A stretch of 63,640 nucleotides of DNA from Catajapyx aquilonaris (Eukaryota), in the NCBI GenBank assembly GCA_000934665.2, contig JYFJ02002077.1:1-63640 (forward strand), in the 5' to 3' direction. The notes under the pieces are model-generated. The model was not told the DNA's origin and did not search any database. It saw only the letters and a program-made list of their open reading frames with translations. Below, one piece after another: positions 51,201-62,980 of this stretch (its first letter is position 1; each line of letters starts with the position of its first letter). The position numbers and the translations under genes were made by a program.

Positions 51201-52083
51201 GACAGCGGTGTAGGTATGTTGGGGAAACATGGTGTCATTGCCAAGGCCATCCTGCGTCAATGGCAATGAAACAACAACCATACGTCATCAGCCGCTTAAT
51301 GATAATATTGTGTGCGGCTAATAGCGATGACGTTTAGAAAATGTCACGGGGTCGTAACGATAACATGGGACAGTCCAGATAACTACTGTTGTCCACTGTA
51401 CAGAAATGAGACTTACAGGTTTCAATTGGTGAAGTCACTCCGCCATTGTCTCCTGGTGCACGGAATTCCTTTCGCGTCGAACTCTCTTCCTTGTCTGCTG
51501 GTTTTCCTTATGACTTAGCGGGGGATTTTGGGGGATGGTCCTTTGCTGCTCCCTGCCGGGTTGCAGTCCAAACTCACCATCGATCTCTTTCCGTCTGGTG
51601 TTTCCACCCCTCTTCCGCACCCCACCCTACCCTTTTTTCTTTTTTTCCCCCCACCAAAGCGTGACGCAAGACCCGGGGCAATAACATGGGAGAAGAGTTT
51701 TTTTTTGTTTTTTTTTTTTCCTGAAAGAGAGGGATAAAAAGGAGCACTCGAAATTGTGGGGGGACAACAAAAAAGTTTTACTACTTTGCGGCGGCAGAGG
51801 CGGGAGGAATTGTTTCCCTCTGGGCGGTCGCTTTCACTTTTTCGAGTATTTTGGGGGGCGCCTCTTGCACTTTGGCGGAGGGAAATTGGATCGATTATTG
51901 TTCGGCGATGAATTCCTCTTTAATTAGGCTTTCAAAGGCGAGCACAATGGGGATGGGGAAATGGTGCTTATGAAATAAACATGGGGGCGAACGCGTTTTG
52001 AATTCATAGGCGCATTGCGTGATGGCCGAAAGTTTGGCAAAAATTTATGCAAAGGGAATATTCTGTATGATATTGCTGCGTAT

Positions 52084-52126
<43 letters not shown>

Positions 52127-55100
52127 GTACCCCAGAGCTGGCTTTCCAGTGTGGGGCAGGGGAATCAGTCAGCCTTTGACGTAAATGTGAGAGGGAGAAA
52201 GATCACATTTAAGATTTATTGGTATATAATTTAAGCTGATAGCGAATTTTTAAGGCAGACTTTATTAGAAGTAAATATCTGTTATATGTACACAAATATG
52301 ATTTGATGTATTACTGAGGATCAATTTATTAGCAAAATCTATTTTTACAGGTATTGGTTTCTCCACTTCTGGCTGGCCTGGCGGTAGCCATTGGAGTGCC
52401 CATCCTTCTGGCCTATGTGTATGGCGTGGTCCCCATATCCCTATGCCGCTCAGGTGGGTGTGGTGTCTCCACCTCTGCTTCAGGGGTCCGTTTTGACTTT
52501 GATGATGAAAATGACGTCATTGTTGGACTTGGAAGTCGTAATGCAGGTCAGTAGGAAATCACTCCAGTAATCTTGGGGTGCAAAGAAACTTGTGATAATG
52601 CGTGAAACGAAGTGTGCAAATTGGCTGCACTAAAGTGCCTTGTGATAGTGTTTTCCTTGTTTCAAAATTGTTGTTCAGTAGGCTACTCTCTGTTCAGTTA
52701 CCTGCCATGCAATGTGTTACAGGCACCAATTCAGTTTCATTTGTTTTGTGTTAATTAATGAATTGATTAAACGTTTCTGTAATATTCTCAAGTGGTGTGA
52801 AGGATTGCACTTAATTATTATGATTGTACAACTATACAGATGGAGTATCAGATGCAGCCAGCCAGCATGGAGTAAACCCTTCCATTGGAGAAGTGTCCTT
52901 TGGGCCCTCAGCGTCACTGTCCATGGGCAGTGGCAGCAACTTGGACCGCTTGGGTCGGGAGAGTGACAGGGAGTCTGCAAGTAATGTTGCATTGGCTGGA
53001 GCCAGCATAGCTGGGAGCATTGCTTCTTCAAACCTCATTGCTGGGAGTCACAAGTAGGTCTTGCTATGCTTTTGGTACTTTAAATTTATCATTGTACTGA
53101 GCCCAACTTTGGACATGTAAAAAGCCAAAAGTTATCATGCCATAAGCCCAGGTGGTGAATTAATGCCTGATTGCACCAATGAAATTACCGATCCGATAGC
53201 TCCTAACTGATTATTAGGATACATTAAAAGGGCTTGGAACAATCCATTAGGAGCTATTGGATCGGTTATTTCAGTTGGTGCAATCGGACATAACAATGGT
53301 TTTAAGAAAATGGCATTTGCATGCATGTTACAAGCTCTCTGTACATGTTAAAGGTCAAATGGACCATGGCTTTCTGTTTTCATGACATTAATAATACATG
53401 TCAGAATCATTGAAACTCCCTATCTGTTGCAGGCTGGAGGTCCAGGCAGACATTGCATCCACTAAACGCTTCAGCCTGACGAGTGAGACTGCCTCTGCAA
53501 CTGTGAGCCTTTCAGAACGATCTGCCACCATGTCAATGGCTGATGATGGAGCAGCTTCCACCCGAGCGTTGGCTGGATCTGTCCTCAGTTATAAGGTTTG
53601 TGCTTCAGTATGCACATGTCAGATGCATTTTTAACACCACTCTTTTAGATGGAAGAGAATCTGTCAAAACATGCAGGAGCTGCTGCTGCTTTGGCAACTC
53701 CCATGAGTAGTGAGAGCACATACACTCCAGTTGAGGTCCACATTGACGCAGCCAGCCAGAAGAGTGAGGAGGCCACACTGGCACCCTCCAGCCCAGTGTC
53801 CAGCTTTTCGGGTGATGACTTGCTGGCTGGGAACAGGCGGTCTGGTCGACGTAGGCTTGCTGTTGACAGACAGGTAAGGATGTCACATGTATGAGTAGAC
53901 CATCTAATGTTTCCTACACATGAGGTAACATATGATTTCACAGGCTAGGTAAGAAGTTTCATAATGAATTTTAGAACTTTTGCTGCGTTAAATTTTTGAA
54001 ATACAGGTGAGAATCCTTGATCCAAAATGCTTGGGACTAGAAATGTTTCGGATTTCACAATACAGTATTTGTATTCTTTCATCTATAAAATGAGACATCT
54101 TTGAGGTGGGATAAATGCTTTAACACAATATCCAAATACATTTCTTATTTGAGGTTAAACATAAACCCAGGCAGTTTTATATAATTTTAAATAATTTTGT
54201 ATGCATACAGATGCTGGTGTTGATGCTATTGATGTCGCACTCACATGAAATTTTCCATTTATGATGTGTCATGTCAGCACTCAAAAACTGTTTTGGAGGT
54301 TTATGGATAAAATATTTTCAACTTGTATTGAGAATGCATACCATTGATTTCTCGTCCAAAATTAGAAAACCATGTAACATGCTTTTTAAGGTTACTAATG
54401 ACACCATAAGTGCTGGTAATTGAAAGATTTGATGCAACTTGGAACTAAGTGCTATTAATTGTAGGCAGTGGTTGTGCTGTCAGATTATTATTCTCTGGCT
54501 GAATGAACTGTGACTGGGCATATTGTCCTCCTTTCAAGTACAGTACCTTGATTGACAGTCAACTAAATACCATTGAAATACTGCACATACTATGCTAGGC
54601 AGGTTGATCTTGCCGTGACTTCGTGTCCTTTTCATTAAAGCAGGTGAGTGAGAACAGCAGCTTAATGAGTACAGAGGATGCCACTTCTGAGCGGGTGCGA
54701 TTTGATGACAACGTGAGCTTCATTGACAGTCTCCCTGGGGAGGAGAGAGGGGATAGTCCCACCACCCCTGTTGCTTCTTGCCCTACTCCAGCCACCACTT
54801 ACCCTGGATCAACACCCAGTCAGGAAGGAGCTGAGAACGCAGCAGATTCAGTTCCACCTGTATCATCAGATCAAGCTCCTGTACGCCACAAAACAGGCAA
54901 GAACAAGGTGGGTGGTGAAGGAAGCCATAGGCGAGGATCACATGGCAGTTTCAGCCTACTCAATGGGTTCAGCTGGATGAGAGGGAGCGGTACTGCCATG
55001 GGGATGAGTGGGAGGCAGACTGGAGGAGGATCAGGGAGGAGGGGAAAGGTGGAGCAAGCCACACATGGCCCAACTGAGGTGCTTTGCATCAGAGGTGAGT

Positions 55101-55630
55101 TGCCTCTTTAGTCGTGGGATGTGTACAAACAGTACATTTTTTGACATGAGCTTGAAGTGCTGGGTTAACATCTAATGCCTTGCCCAGAAGCACCTTCTTG
55201 ATAACTAATATTGGGTCACACAATAGATGGACAATACACCTCAGGTACTGGAGTATGATGAGAAGTATTTCTTGAGCATAGCATTATTGCAGGATTAGAT
55301 CTTGATAAGGCATCCATATTTATCGACAAGGCTGTTACCTCTCTAATTATTTTATACACATTTAATTATTTTTCACTGATTTAGGACTCTGAATTAAAAT
55401 GGAGCTTTTGACCTCTAGGCTTTCCAGGCAAGGAGGAAGGATGCGTAGTAGTCGACATGGGGGAAGTCAGCCGTCCCCTTTCCGGGAAGCTGCCTCCAAT
55501 GGGAGCAGCAGCAGCAGGAAGTGGAGGAGGAGCTAGAAGAGAGGCCAAGAAGTCAGTCCCAACATTGGCTTCTGTTTCCTCACGCAAGTCAGGCCAGAAA
55601 GTTGGTGGGGGTATGAGTAGTCGCAGTTAA
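36290..55630 (+). CDS. RNF19: E3 ubiquitin-protein ligase RNF19 (Dorfin, RBR family)
   Basis: Exons ~36290-36618, 37984-38125, 40922-41111, 41178-41291, 42473-42664, 44105-44249, 44367-44503, 44794-44891, 52351-52546, 52840-53054, 53433-53595, 53650-53873, 54644-55094 and 55419-55630. RING1 [22 protein letters not shown]2 [30 protein letters not shown] and TM segments [19 protein letters not shown]. Confidence 0.93.
36677..37005 (+). mobile_element. tRNA-derived SINE (second family)
   Basis: A-box-like GTGGCGCTGCGG, B box GGTTCGATCC and an A/T-rich tail. Confidence 0.7.
37806..37895. repeat. Short hairpin/palindromic element
   Basis: TTTTATTGGCAAGAAAAAACAGATATAAGGCAACATGGT, a G-run loop, then ACCATGTTGCCTTATATCTTTGTTTTCTTGCCAATAAAA. 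Confidence 0.85.
38335..38593. mobile_element. PIF/Harbinger-like MITE
   Basis: TAA-AGTGGGCTC ... GAGCCCACT-TAA with internal (T)CCGA/TCGGA repeats. Confidence 0.7.
38597..39391. mobile_element. piggyBac-like foldback MITE with near-perfect long arms
   Basis: TTAA-CCCCTTCAGCCCC ... GGGGCTGAAGGGG-TTAA. The inverted arms run ~350 bp and the outer ~250 bp are almost identical. Confidence 0.93.
41402..41690 (+). mobile_element. tRNA-derived SINE (insect-type body)
   Basis: tRNA(Ser-like) head with GACTGCTAATC and B box GGATCAAATCC. Body GGTTTTCTGTGGTTTCCC..CCAGGAAAAT..AGGCCACAGCCGCTTCCTTCC. Partial copy at 23476. Confidence 0.85.
42010..42309. mobile_element. hAT (Charlie-like) MITE remnant
   Basis: Right end TTTGGGAAGCACTG and internal GCGACCCC motifs shared with 45623-46362 and with the fragment ending at ~44026. 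Confidence 0.6.
42984..43753. mobile_element. Non-autonomous Transib-like element
   Basis: TIRs CACAGTGTGGCCAAACGCGTGAA / TTCTCGCGTTTGGACACACTGTG, with 5-bp flanks TGATG/TGGTG. Confidence 0.75.
44924..45297. mobile_element. Tc1/pogo-type MITE
   Basis: TA-CAGTACCGCTCATAAAGAATGGCACGACTCTATGG versus CCATAGAGTCGTACCATTCTTTATGAGCGGGACTA. Confidence 0.8.
45623..46362. mobile_element. hAT (Charlie-like) non-autonomous element
   Basis: TIR CAGTGTTCCCCAA / TTGGGAAGCACTG, with 8-bp flanks TTCTAAGG/TGCTAAGG. Confidence 0.8.
47975..49891 (-). CDS. Ecdysteroid kinase-like (EcKL / CHK-kinase) protein, nested in RNF19 intron
   Basis: Exons ~49891-49766, 49706-49503, 49397-48862 and 48358-47975. Motifs [58 protein letters not shown] and ATNDL. 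Confidence 0.9.
52081..52125. repeat. (TTTA)n microsatellite
   Basis: About 11 tandem TATT units. Confidence 0.95.
53167..53287. repeat. Palindromic MITE-like hairpin
   Basis: GATTGCACCAATGAAATTACCGATCCGATAGCTCCTAA versus TTAGGAGCTATTGGATCGGTTATTTCAGTTGGTGCAATC. Confidence 0.8.
54004..54325. mobile_element. Tigger-like MITE (Tigger4/MER46-like)
   Basis: TA-CAGGTGAGAATCCTTGATCCAAAATGCTTGGGACTAGAA ... GGATAAAATATTTTCAACTTG-TA. Confidence 0.7.
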
Positions 55631-57481
55631 CACACAGCCCCCACACAGCCTGTGCCCTCTCAATTTAATGCCAACTGCTTTCTTCATGCCTGGTGGCTGA
55701 TAAAAAAGCGCATGAAAGAAAAAAGCTACACGTGTCCAAAGCTACACTGTGCCAATATTCCGTGGCCTGTTCCATGTACGCTGTTTCTTTAGTTAACTCC
55801 TTTTGATATTTTCTGAATTTTGAGGGGTGGCATATAATTTTAACAAGCGTAGGGTCGCGGTGTATAAAGTGGCACTGGTAAAGATGTTTACTGGACCACA
55901 AGCGTGTATATGTATTTGCTTCCGTGATTTTTGTGCAAGCATGGCAAAGGTGGGGACCCAAAATACAATTGTAATGGTGCTCTGGGTGACAAAGGGCAAG
56001 GGTTATCTCAGGACCTGTCTTCACAAGTAATGAAATGCATCGACCGTAATGGGCACAATCCTCATGAAGCCTTCGTGAGGAGTGGCCATGAAGACCAAGA
56101 TAGAAACGCTGCTCAGTTATTTCTAAACGAATTAGTCAATGGATGCAACATGTACTTACACACGAACCATTAGCAAGCTCTTTGTCCAGCACCCAGGGCA
56201 TCTTTCATGCAGCCTCCCCAACCCCCTTCCAGGTTCATATTGGAAAACACACGAGGAGAGTAAATAATAGGACAATGTGATGTGGTTATGGGGCTTGCTA
56301 TGACCAATGTTCAATGTCAAAATTCCTGCCAGAAAGGATCATGTATAAGACGAGGTTTGAATGCAATGATACTTGTTTTTGAGTTGTCATTGAATATTTT
56401 TTTAATGCAAATGTGTGATGGAACTAGAAAAAAGCACTTTGAAAATGGCACTGGAAGGGGTACACAAAAACCTATGTATAATTTTTTTTGTGTCCAGTCA
56501 CTTCCTTATTCATAGACTATTTAAGTGGTTACTCAGAGGAAAACAAAGTATAAGAACTAAGGGTGGGTTTTGCAAAAGTGCTTGGATACGAAGATAGGTT
56601 TGAGAATTAGGACGATTTCAGAGTTCTGTGATAAGAGGCTCTCTAAATTTAATGTTGAGGGGCTTTTTTAACCCACTGATTCTGTTGTGTGTTATGCAGA
56701 CATGTCTGAAGCCATTGAGAGTTGCTGGCAGTTTCAGGCCAACTGAATTAATGTTGCAAGACAAGAAGTGCAATTTGCTTCACCACTTTGCTAATCAGAC
56801 CAAATCCGTTTGGCAAGTGCCAGCAGTTCGCAAGGGGCTGTGTACTGAACTGATCTTGTATGTTTAGTCAAGAACAAAAAAAAAAGGTAGTTCTTTTCTT
56901 TGTGTGGACAACAGTAATATTTGGATTGCAGCCATAAGACTATGGTACTTCAACTTATGCATCCAATGTGGTTGTTCTCTTTGTAAGTCTTGATATTTAT
57001 CCAATGAACAAGTTTTGCTCACATGCTAAAAAGAGAAGAACATGCTAGTGCAAAGGAATGAAAAGTATGATAGATATTTATACTCAACTGTGTACTTCTG
57101 CGTGAAGGAATCAAAAGTCGTAGGTTGACGAGCAGGGAAACATTAGGCATATTCACAGCATTTTCATTACATTTCCCTCCCTACCCAGTTGTCATCCTTC
57201 CACCCATATTTCCTGTGTCCCTGCTATCAAATTTAAGAAGAAGAAAAATCGCTGCACAGTTCACTTTGTATCATTTTGTAATCTACCTTGCATCACCATT
57301 TTGGTGCACTCTTTAAAGGGGAAATAAAACCAAGTGGTGCTACATTAAAATCAATGTTAAATCCTATATATCTCTTTACCCTTTACAGTGATGTCTTGGG
57401 ATTTTTTTTTTAAATCGGCTGGAGAGGGGAATCAGTGTCCACAAGAGAGCACTTGTCAGTCATTAAGTCAGGAAGTAGGAT

Positions 57482-60249
57482 TCAGAGTTCATCATGAGTC
57501 AGCTGTGAATCAACAAATGACACTAATTCTTCCAGACTTCTGCCTCCGTTGTACTCTTGTACCAGGTGCCCATTGCGATAAATGTTCAATGTCGGGAAGC
57601 CCTCGATCTGAAAGGACAAGTCTCATAAGAAAAGCTGACAGGGTAGTGCAAAGTATCATCACTTATTAACTGAAAAACTACTGCTGTCAGGACATATCTC
57701 ATGGATATATGGTTATTCCATCCCATAACTGGCATGTTACTTTTTGGATATTGTACCACACTTACTCCTAACTCTATGCATAACTCCTTGTTGATGGTCG
57801 CTTGGCAATCAACCTGCGCCACTCTGACTCCCTTTCCACCTGCATATTTGGCGGCCAACTCCGCCCAGGTGGGTGCCAGCCTTTTACAATGACCACACCT
57901 ACAAAAAAGGAATGCCAATGTACTGCCAATTTCCTATCATTATCATCATGCTTACCATGGCACATAGAATTTGACAAAGACAAGCCCAGTTTGCACTCCA
58001 GATTGGAAGTTTTCAGCAGTGAGAAGCACTACTGGACTTGCTGGCTCACTTGCTCTTGGAGGTGGCGGCAGCTCTTGCTGCTCCTGTGCTTCATCGTCCA
58101 CACCCTGAGGATCACTCCTCATTCTGTTTACAAACTCCTTGAGATCTTGGTGGGTGCGTGGCCCCTTATATAATTCAACTTTTTTCCCTTGGCGGAACCA
58201 AAGCAAAGTTGGATAGCCCTTAATTTCATTTGCCTCGCAGGGTTCTCGGTGCTGTGTGCAGTCCACCCTCCCTATCCGCACCTTGCGATCATGCTCCAGG
58301 GACTTGCCTAAAGCCTCCCATGTTGGAGCCAGTTTCTGAAATGTGTTGTAAGATGCATTCTTTATGAAGTGATTCCAAAATTTCTGAAGGTTTTCAAAAA
58401 TGCCACAGCAATATCAACTTCTAGAGTGAACTTGTGGCCAGTCCTCAGTCATTTGCATTGCAATTTGACACAAATTCATTTATGGCTCTTAGCTATTGCA
58501 AGAAAATCAGGCATCATCTTCTACCATTGAGCACTATAAAAATTAACTATTCCAGCTTCCCATCAATTTCAACTGCTACTTTATGTTTGGAAAATATTGC
58601 AAATCTTTGATACTGAAAGCAGGATTTCATAGCTCAACAAGTTGGAAAAACTGTGCTTCACTTTTTAATTTAAAATTATGAGAACCATCTCCACTGAAAA
58701 TTGTCAAGTTTGACACTAAAACCGATCCTGATATAGATCCTTCAGAATACAACAAGTAACTTGATCAGTATTTTCTTCTCCAACCCCAACCAACACCTTG
58801 GTCCCTCCCAGAGCCATCCTACCTTACAATGACCACACCACGGCGCATAAAATTCAATGAAGTGGTCTCCCTCTCGGATGTGTTCTGCAAAGTTCTGGTT
58901 TGTTAGTTCGTAAACACCGGAAACTGGGCCTGGAAGCACTTGTGATTCCTTTCCTAGACCTTCTGGGACAGCATCTTTCCCCAGCTGCTCATGAAGGTAG
59001 GCCTTGAGGGCAGCCAATTCACGAGTTCCCCTGTACTTCACCCCTATGGTGGCCCCCCGTTCATAGTACTTCAAGGTGGGGTAACCTGTCACATCCTGAT
59101 CTGAGCAGAGGATGCTTTCCACTGTGCAGTCCACTTTGGCTATTGCTACTCGATCGTCGTCGTCGTCGTCATCCGAGTCTTCTTCTGAGCCAGGGGGATT
59201 AAGAGGAGCAGAGTTGTAATCATGAGCTAGCTTTTCCCAGGTGGGGGACAACCTCTTGCAGTGGCCGCACCTACATATTTAACATGGTGTTAGTGGTATA
59301 TTGTGGTTTAAATGTCAAATCACACTCCTTGTTTCCAAGGGAACAATGGTGCATATGGGCAGTGGTGGATCTAGCATGGACTTTTGAGAGGACAGTGAAG
59401 TAGGTGACTGAAGTTAGCACCACGATGAAAAAGTTACACATTTCAGATTCTCGTATCCCACCAGCAATGGCCGTTACCCTCTTGAGAGGTATGAGCCTTT
59501 CAATCCTTCAGTAATTAATGCAGGGCAAATAATAACCCCTGATTTGCACAATTGTAGTGGTTTAAAAAAAGTGTACAATTCTCCACAAATATACCTGCTC
59601 ACATTTGAGCACACTAAATCATGGCACAGCCAAGGCCAAAGCTAGCATCAACCGGTATCAACTTCCTGCAGAGGAACAACCCAAATCAGAATGGGAGCTA
59701 GTATGTTACACTACCACTACCCCACTTCCAAACTGCTGTTACTATTCATAGTTCGTTGCATGACTAGTATCTCCACTTTTTATACATATACATGACAATA
59801 GGTATGCAAATGAGCGTGGTAGAGTTGGCAAGATAACCCAGTTGGGAAGCATGCTGGCAACAGCACTGCAAATGGAAACTAAAAAAAAGTGTATGTGTGT
59901 GAGGTGGTGGCCCAAGTCCAAATCCCCAAAATGCCGTTACACTCTGCTGTCTATTCCCGCCACCGCTCGGCATACCAGGCCGAGGTTGATGGGCCGGTGG
60001 TGGTCGGGCCGAAATGCGATATGATCCAATGATAATACCGTACCACGGGGCGTAGAACATGACGAAGTGGTTGCTCTTGGCCAGCTCGGCTGCGAAGTTG
60101 TCTGAGCTGTACCCGAAGGCGTGTGACCCTCCCTCGGGGTCATCCGCGACGGCCACGGAGGCAGGGATGGCCAGGTGAAGGGCCACGAGGGCCGTCCACA
60201 GCGCCCCGAGGGTCGACCTGCACCGCTGGGTGATGTGCTCCTCCGCCAT
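57482..60249 (-). CDS. TXNDC5: Thioredoxin domain-containing protein 5 (ERp46/pretaporter)
   Basis: Exons ~60249-60044, 59270-58823, 58336-57956, 57897-57765 and 57607-57482. Signal peptide, three thioredoxin domains with PWCGHC, GYPTL/GFPTL motifs and C-terminal HDEL*. Confidence 0.95.
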
Positions 60250-60624
60250 TGTGATTGTGTGGTGGGTGGTGATCCCACTATCTGTGTGATATCGCCGGTT
60301 GAATGGTAAGGGGCCTGAGTGAGTGAGCCTTCAGCCAGCCAGACATGCGTCAGGTAACTGTGAGGCTGGTTGAGGCTCAGGGGGGCGGATATCTGCTTGT
60401 TGGGGGAGGGCCCATTCCTGCCGCTGCCAGTGACCGTGCTTGTGCGCGGCCCGAACGCACCCCAGGGCGCGATATTTGTAATGGAATCATGGAATTTGCC
60501 ACGTAGGTATGGCTTTCGTCCTTTGCAGCTGCAGTGACAGAGTATTAAATCTGGATGATTAAAAAAGCAGACGTAACAAGGATGTGGATATAACATACTT
60601 TTATTTCGTTTCCATCATACTTCC

Positions 60625-61613
60625 TCACATGCCTTTATAAAGCTTGAACTTCTTGAAATATTTCTGCACACTTTCCTTTGGATAGGGTTTGGCCACTAGG
60701 CATGTGGGAATGTCCTCTGGCTGCTCCACCCACAACTTATGGTCCACCTGGGCTTCCTTCAGAGACGACTCTAATTTACGTAAGCTGTCTTCATCTGGTG
60801 CCTTCATGGATAAATTAAGAACATTAACTTTTTCAATCCTATTTAAAGTTTATCAGTCCGTTTTTTGTCTTCTGCTAAAATTATCAGTGCCTATGCACAT
60901 AGTCACCAGAGTATACATCTAATAAGTTATAAGTTATAATTATAAGTTTATATTGCAGTGGAAGTGCCTCTCTTTTCTCGCACTCCAAAGTAAGCTTTGA
61001 TGTATGATATTAATAGTGTAACCGTGTAACTCATGAGAAAGCTTATGGGCAAATCTTCACTAGCAGATAAGTTTGCTGCTTCTATGGATTGTCCCCCTCT
61101 TTTGCATGAGTTTTGTCAGGGTTACCCCGTTTCCTCTCACTGTCTAAATCCATCAGCCCTACAGTCATTGAATAATGATAGTGTGAGGGGCTATTGTTAC
61201 AATGGATAATGGAAAAGGCCACAGGCCAATCACACGGTATGGTAAGCAATAAAATACATGAAGATTAGTTTCAAAACACAATATCTGTGAGCACATACAT
61301 GACAGTCATTATGGTTCTCAGGTAAAGCCACTTGATATGGTAGGAAATTAAGGCACCAGGCACTTACACAGCGCAGTTGAGTGTGCCCAGGCAATGCCAA
61401 TCAGTACATGAGCTGCGTTACTTTACTCGCCTCGAGGACAACCTTGTGCATGTTGTCGAGATCCTTGAGGTACTCCTGCACAGAGGGATCCGAGTGGAAC
61501 ATGTGCACCACTGCGGTGCAGGCGTGGCAGGCCTGGGCTATGACTGCGCCCACGGGCCACTTCAAGGTGGTGAGGAGGTCTCCTCGGACCACCACGTACT
61601 GCACCAGGGACAT
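60625..61613 (-). CDS. PTRHD1: Putative peptidyl-tRNA hydrolase PTRHD1
   Basis: Exons 61613-61431 and 60801-60625. Motifs VQYVVVRGDL..WPVGAVIAQACHA, MHKVVLE|APDE and LWVEQPEDIPTCLVAKPYPK. Confidence 0.93.
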
Positions 61614-61899
61614 GGTCCTTTCTTCTCTCCCTCCGAGTCCTCCTCTGGCACGATGACTGTCAGTGAGGAGTATTTTAACACGATTGTACCGGTTGCTTCT
61701 GTTGTCAGGGAAGTGCATCCGAATAGTACGTTACGTCACCACCCGCGAAGTTTCGGATGCGCTCATCACAGAATGCTATCTTTGATGCTATTTACGTCCC
61801 TAGTTATTCTGCAGAGGGACATTTAACATTGCCAGTACTTCCGGCATATGGGACCCATGTGGATACTGGTGTTGGGGGCATAAATTGATGCATTTTCCA

Positions 61900-62106
61900 C
61901 ATTTTCCCCCACCTGAGTGATCGGCCTGCCGCCGCTCGCCGTTGGGAGAATCTTTCCAGTTTCCACCTCACCTCCCACAGTCACCTCCTCCCGCCCGCCC
62001 GTCTCCGGTCTCCGGCATCGCGACCCTTCCCTGCCCTCGTCGTCTTCGATCTAACTACGGCGCCGATTCCGCCTGATAACCTGCTCCTCCTTCGACTCAG
62101 ATGCAC
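61900..62106 (+). other. Probable first exon of an unidentified gene divergent from PTRHD1
   Basis: CpG- and C-rich tract ending at a strong donor ATGCAC|GTAAGT. No further coding exon is recognisable in the window. Confidence 0.4.
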
Positions 62107-62980
62107 GTAAGTGTCACCGCGATCCCATAGACTGCACATGACCACGTGTGGCAGGGAGCACCCGGCCGTGAAGGGACGCGAGTGTTTTGGGTGACAGGGA
62201 CACTTGGCACGCCATAAGCCGGCGTTTATACCAAAGACCGTATATGCGTCTATACCATTGAGGCGTTACAGGTTCAGGTCAGCCCCCAGTGGCGCCTGAG
62301 GAGAGAGGGCATCTGGTTCATGGTTATAGTTGTCACTATGCCGTTTAAAGTGCTACCCTTACGCATAAAGAAAGAGTGTGCGGGGTGTGGGACCAGTATA
62401 TGTGCACGCTGGATTAAGGGAACCAGTAGTACAGTGTGTTTCAGAATTTGGCATACTGATGTAGGGGTGGAAACGTTGCTAATGCTTGAGGGGTTTCCCG
62501 CACCTTCCGCCTTCCACAGTAATGTAACCAAAGCAACTCCTCAGTCAGGTAGCTCTCTTAGTTTGTGTAATCACCAGAGCTCTCATGGGACCTTTAAAGT
62601 TGATCCTCAAGAGATCTGCAGCAAATAGAGTGAGACCTCAATTTATTGTTCCCACATTTATATTGCTTGCATCTATTGGGTTTTCCTCAGGTCCTGAGAA
62701 AAATTATGAATCAAGGTCTCACCGTAATCATTATCACAGATAAGGAACTGTATGCAGTGAAACCTGCTTTTGTGTGGACCCTGAATGTGATAAACTCTTG
62801 TCTACTCCTTTTTTTGGGGGTCTTCGCAGGTGGTTTTTAATGTATTCCTGTCACATACAATGAAATCTTGTTCATTGTGGACTGGAGCACAACTACTGTT
62901 ATACAGGAAATGTTGGGATTGTTTTGCATATGTATTGTTATTAAACTTATGACCAACTATGATAGATCATCAGCTAGGTA

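Noticed and set aside
59937..60596. 219-aa minus-strand ORF overlapping the TXNDC5 first exon
   Set aside because: An alternative-frame ORF in GC-rich sequence that starts near the PTRHD1 polyA site, with no recognisable domain.
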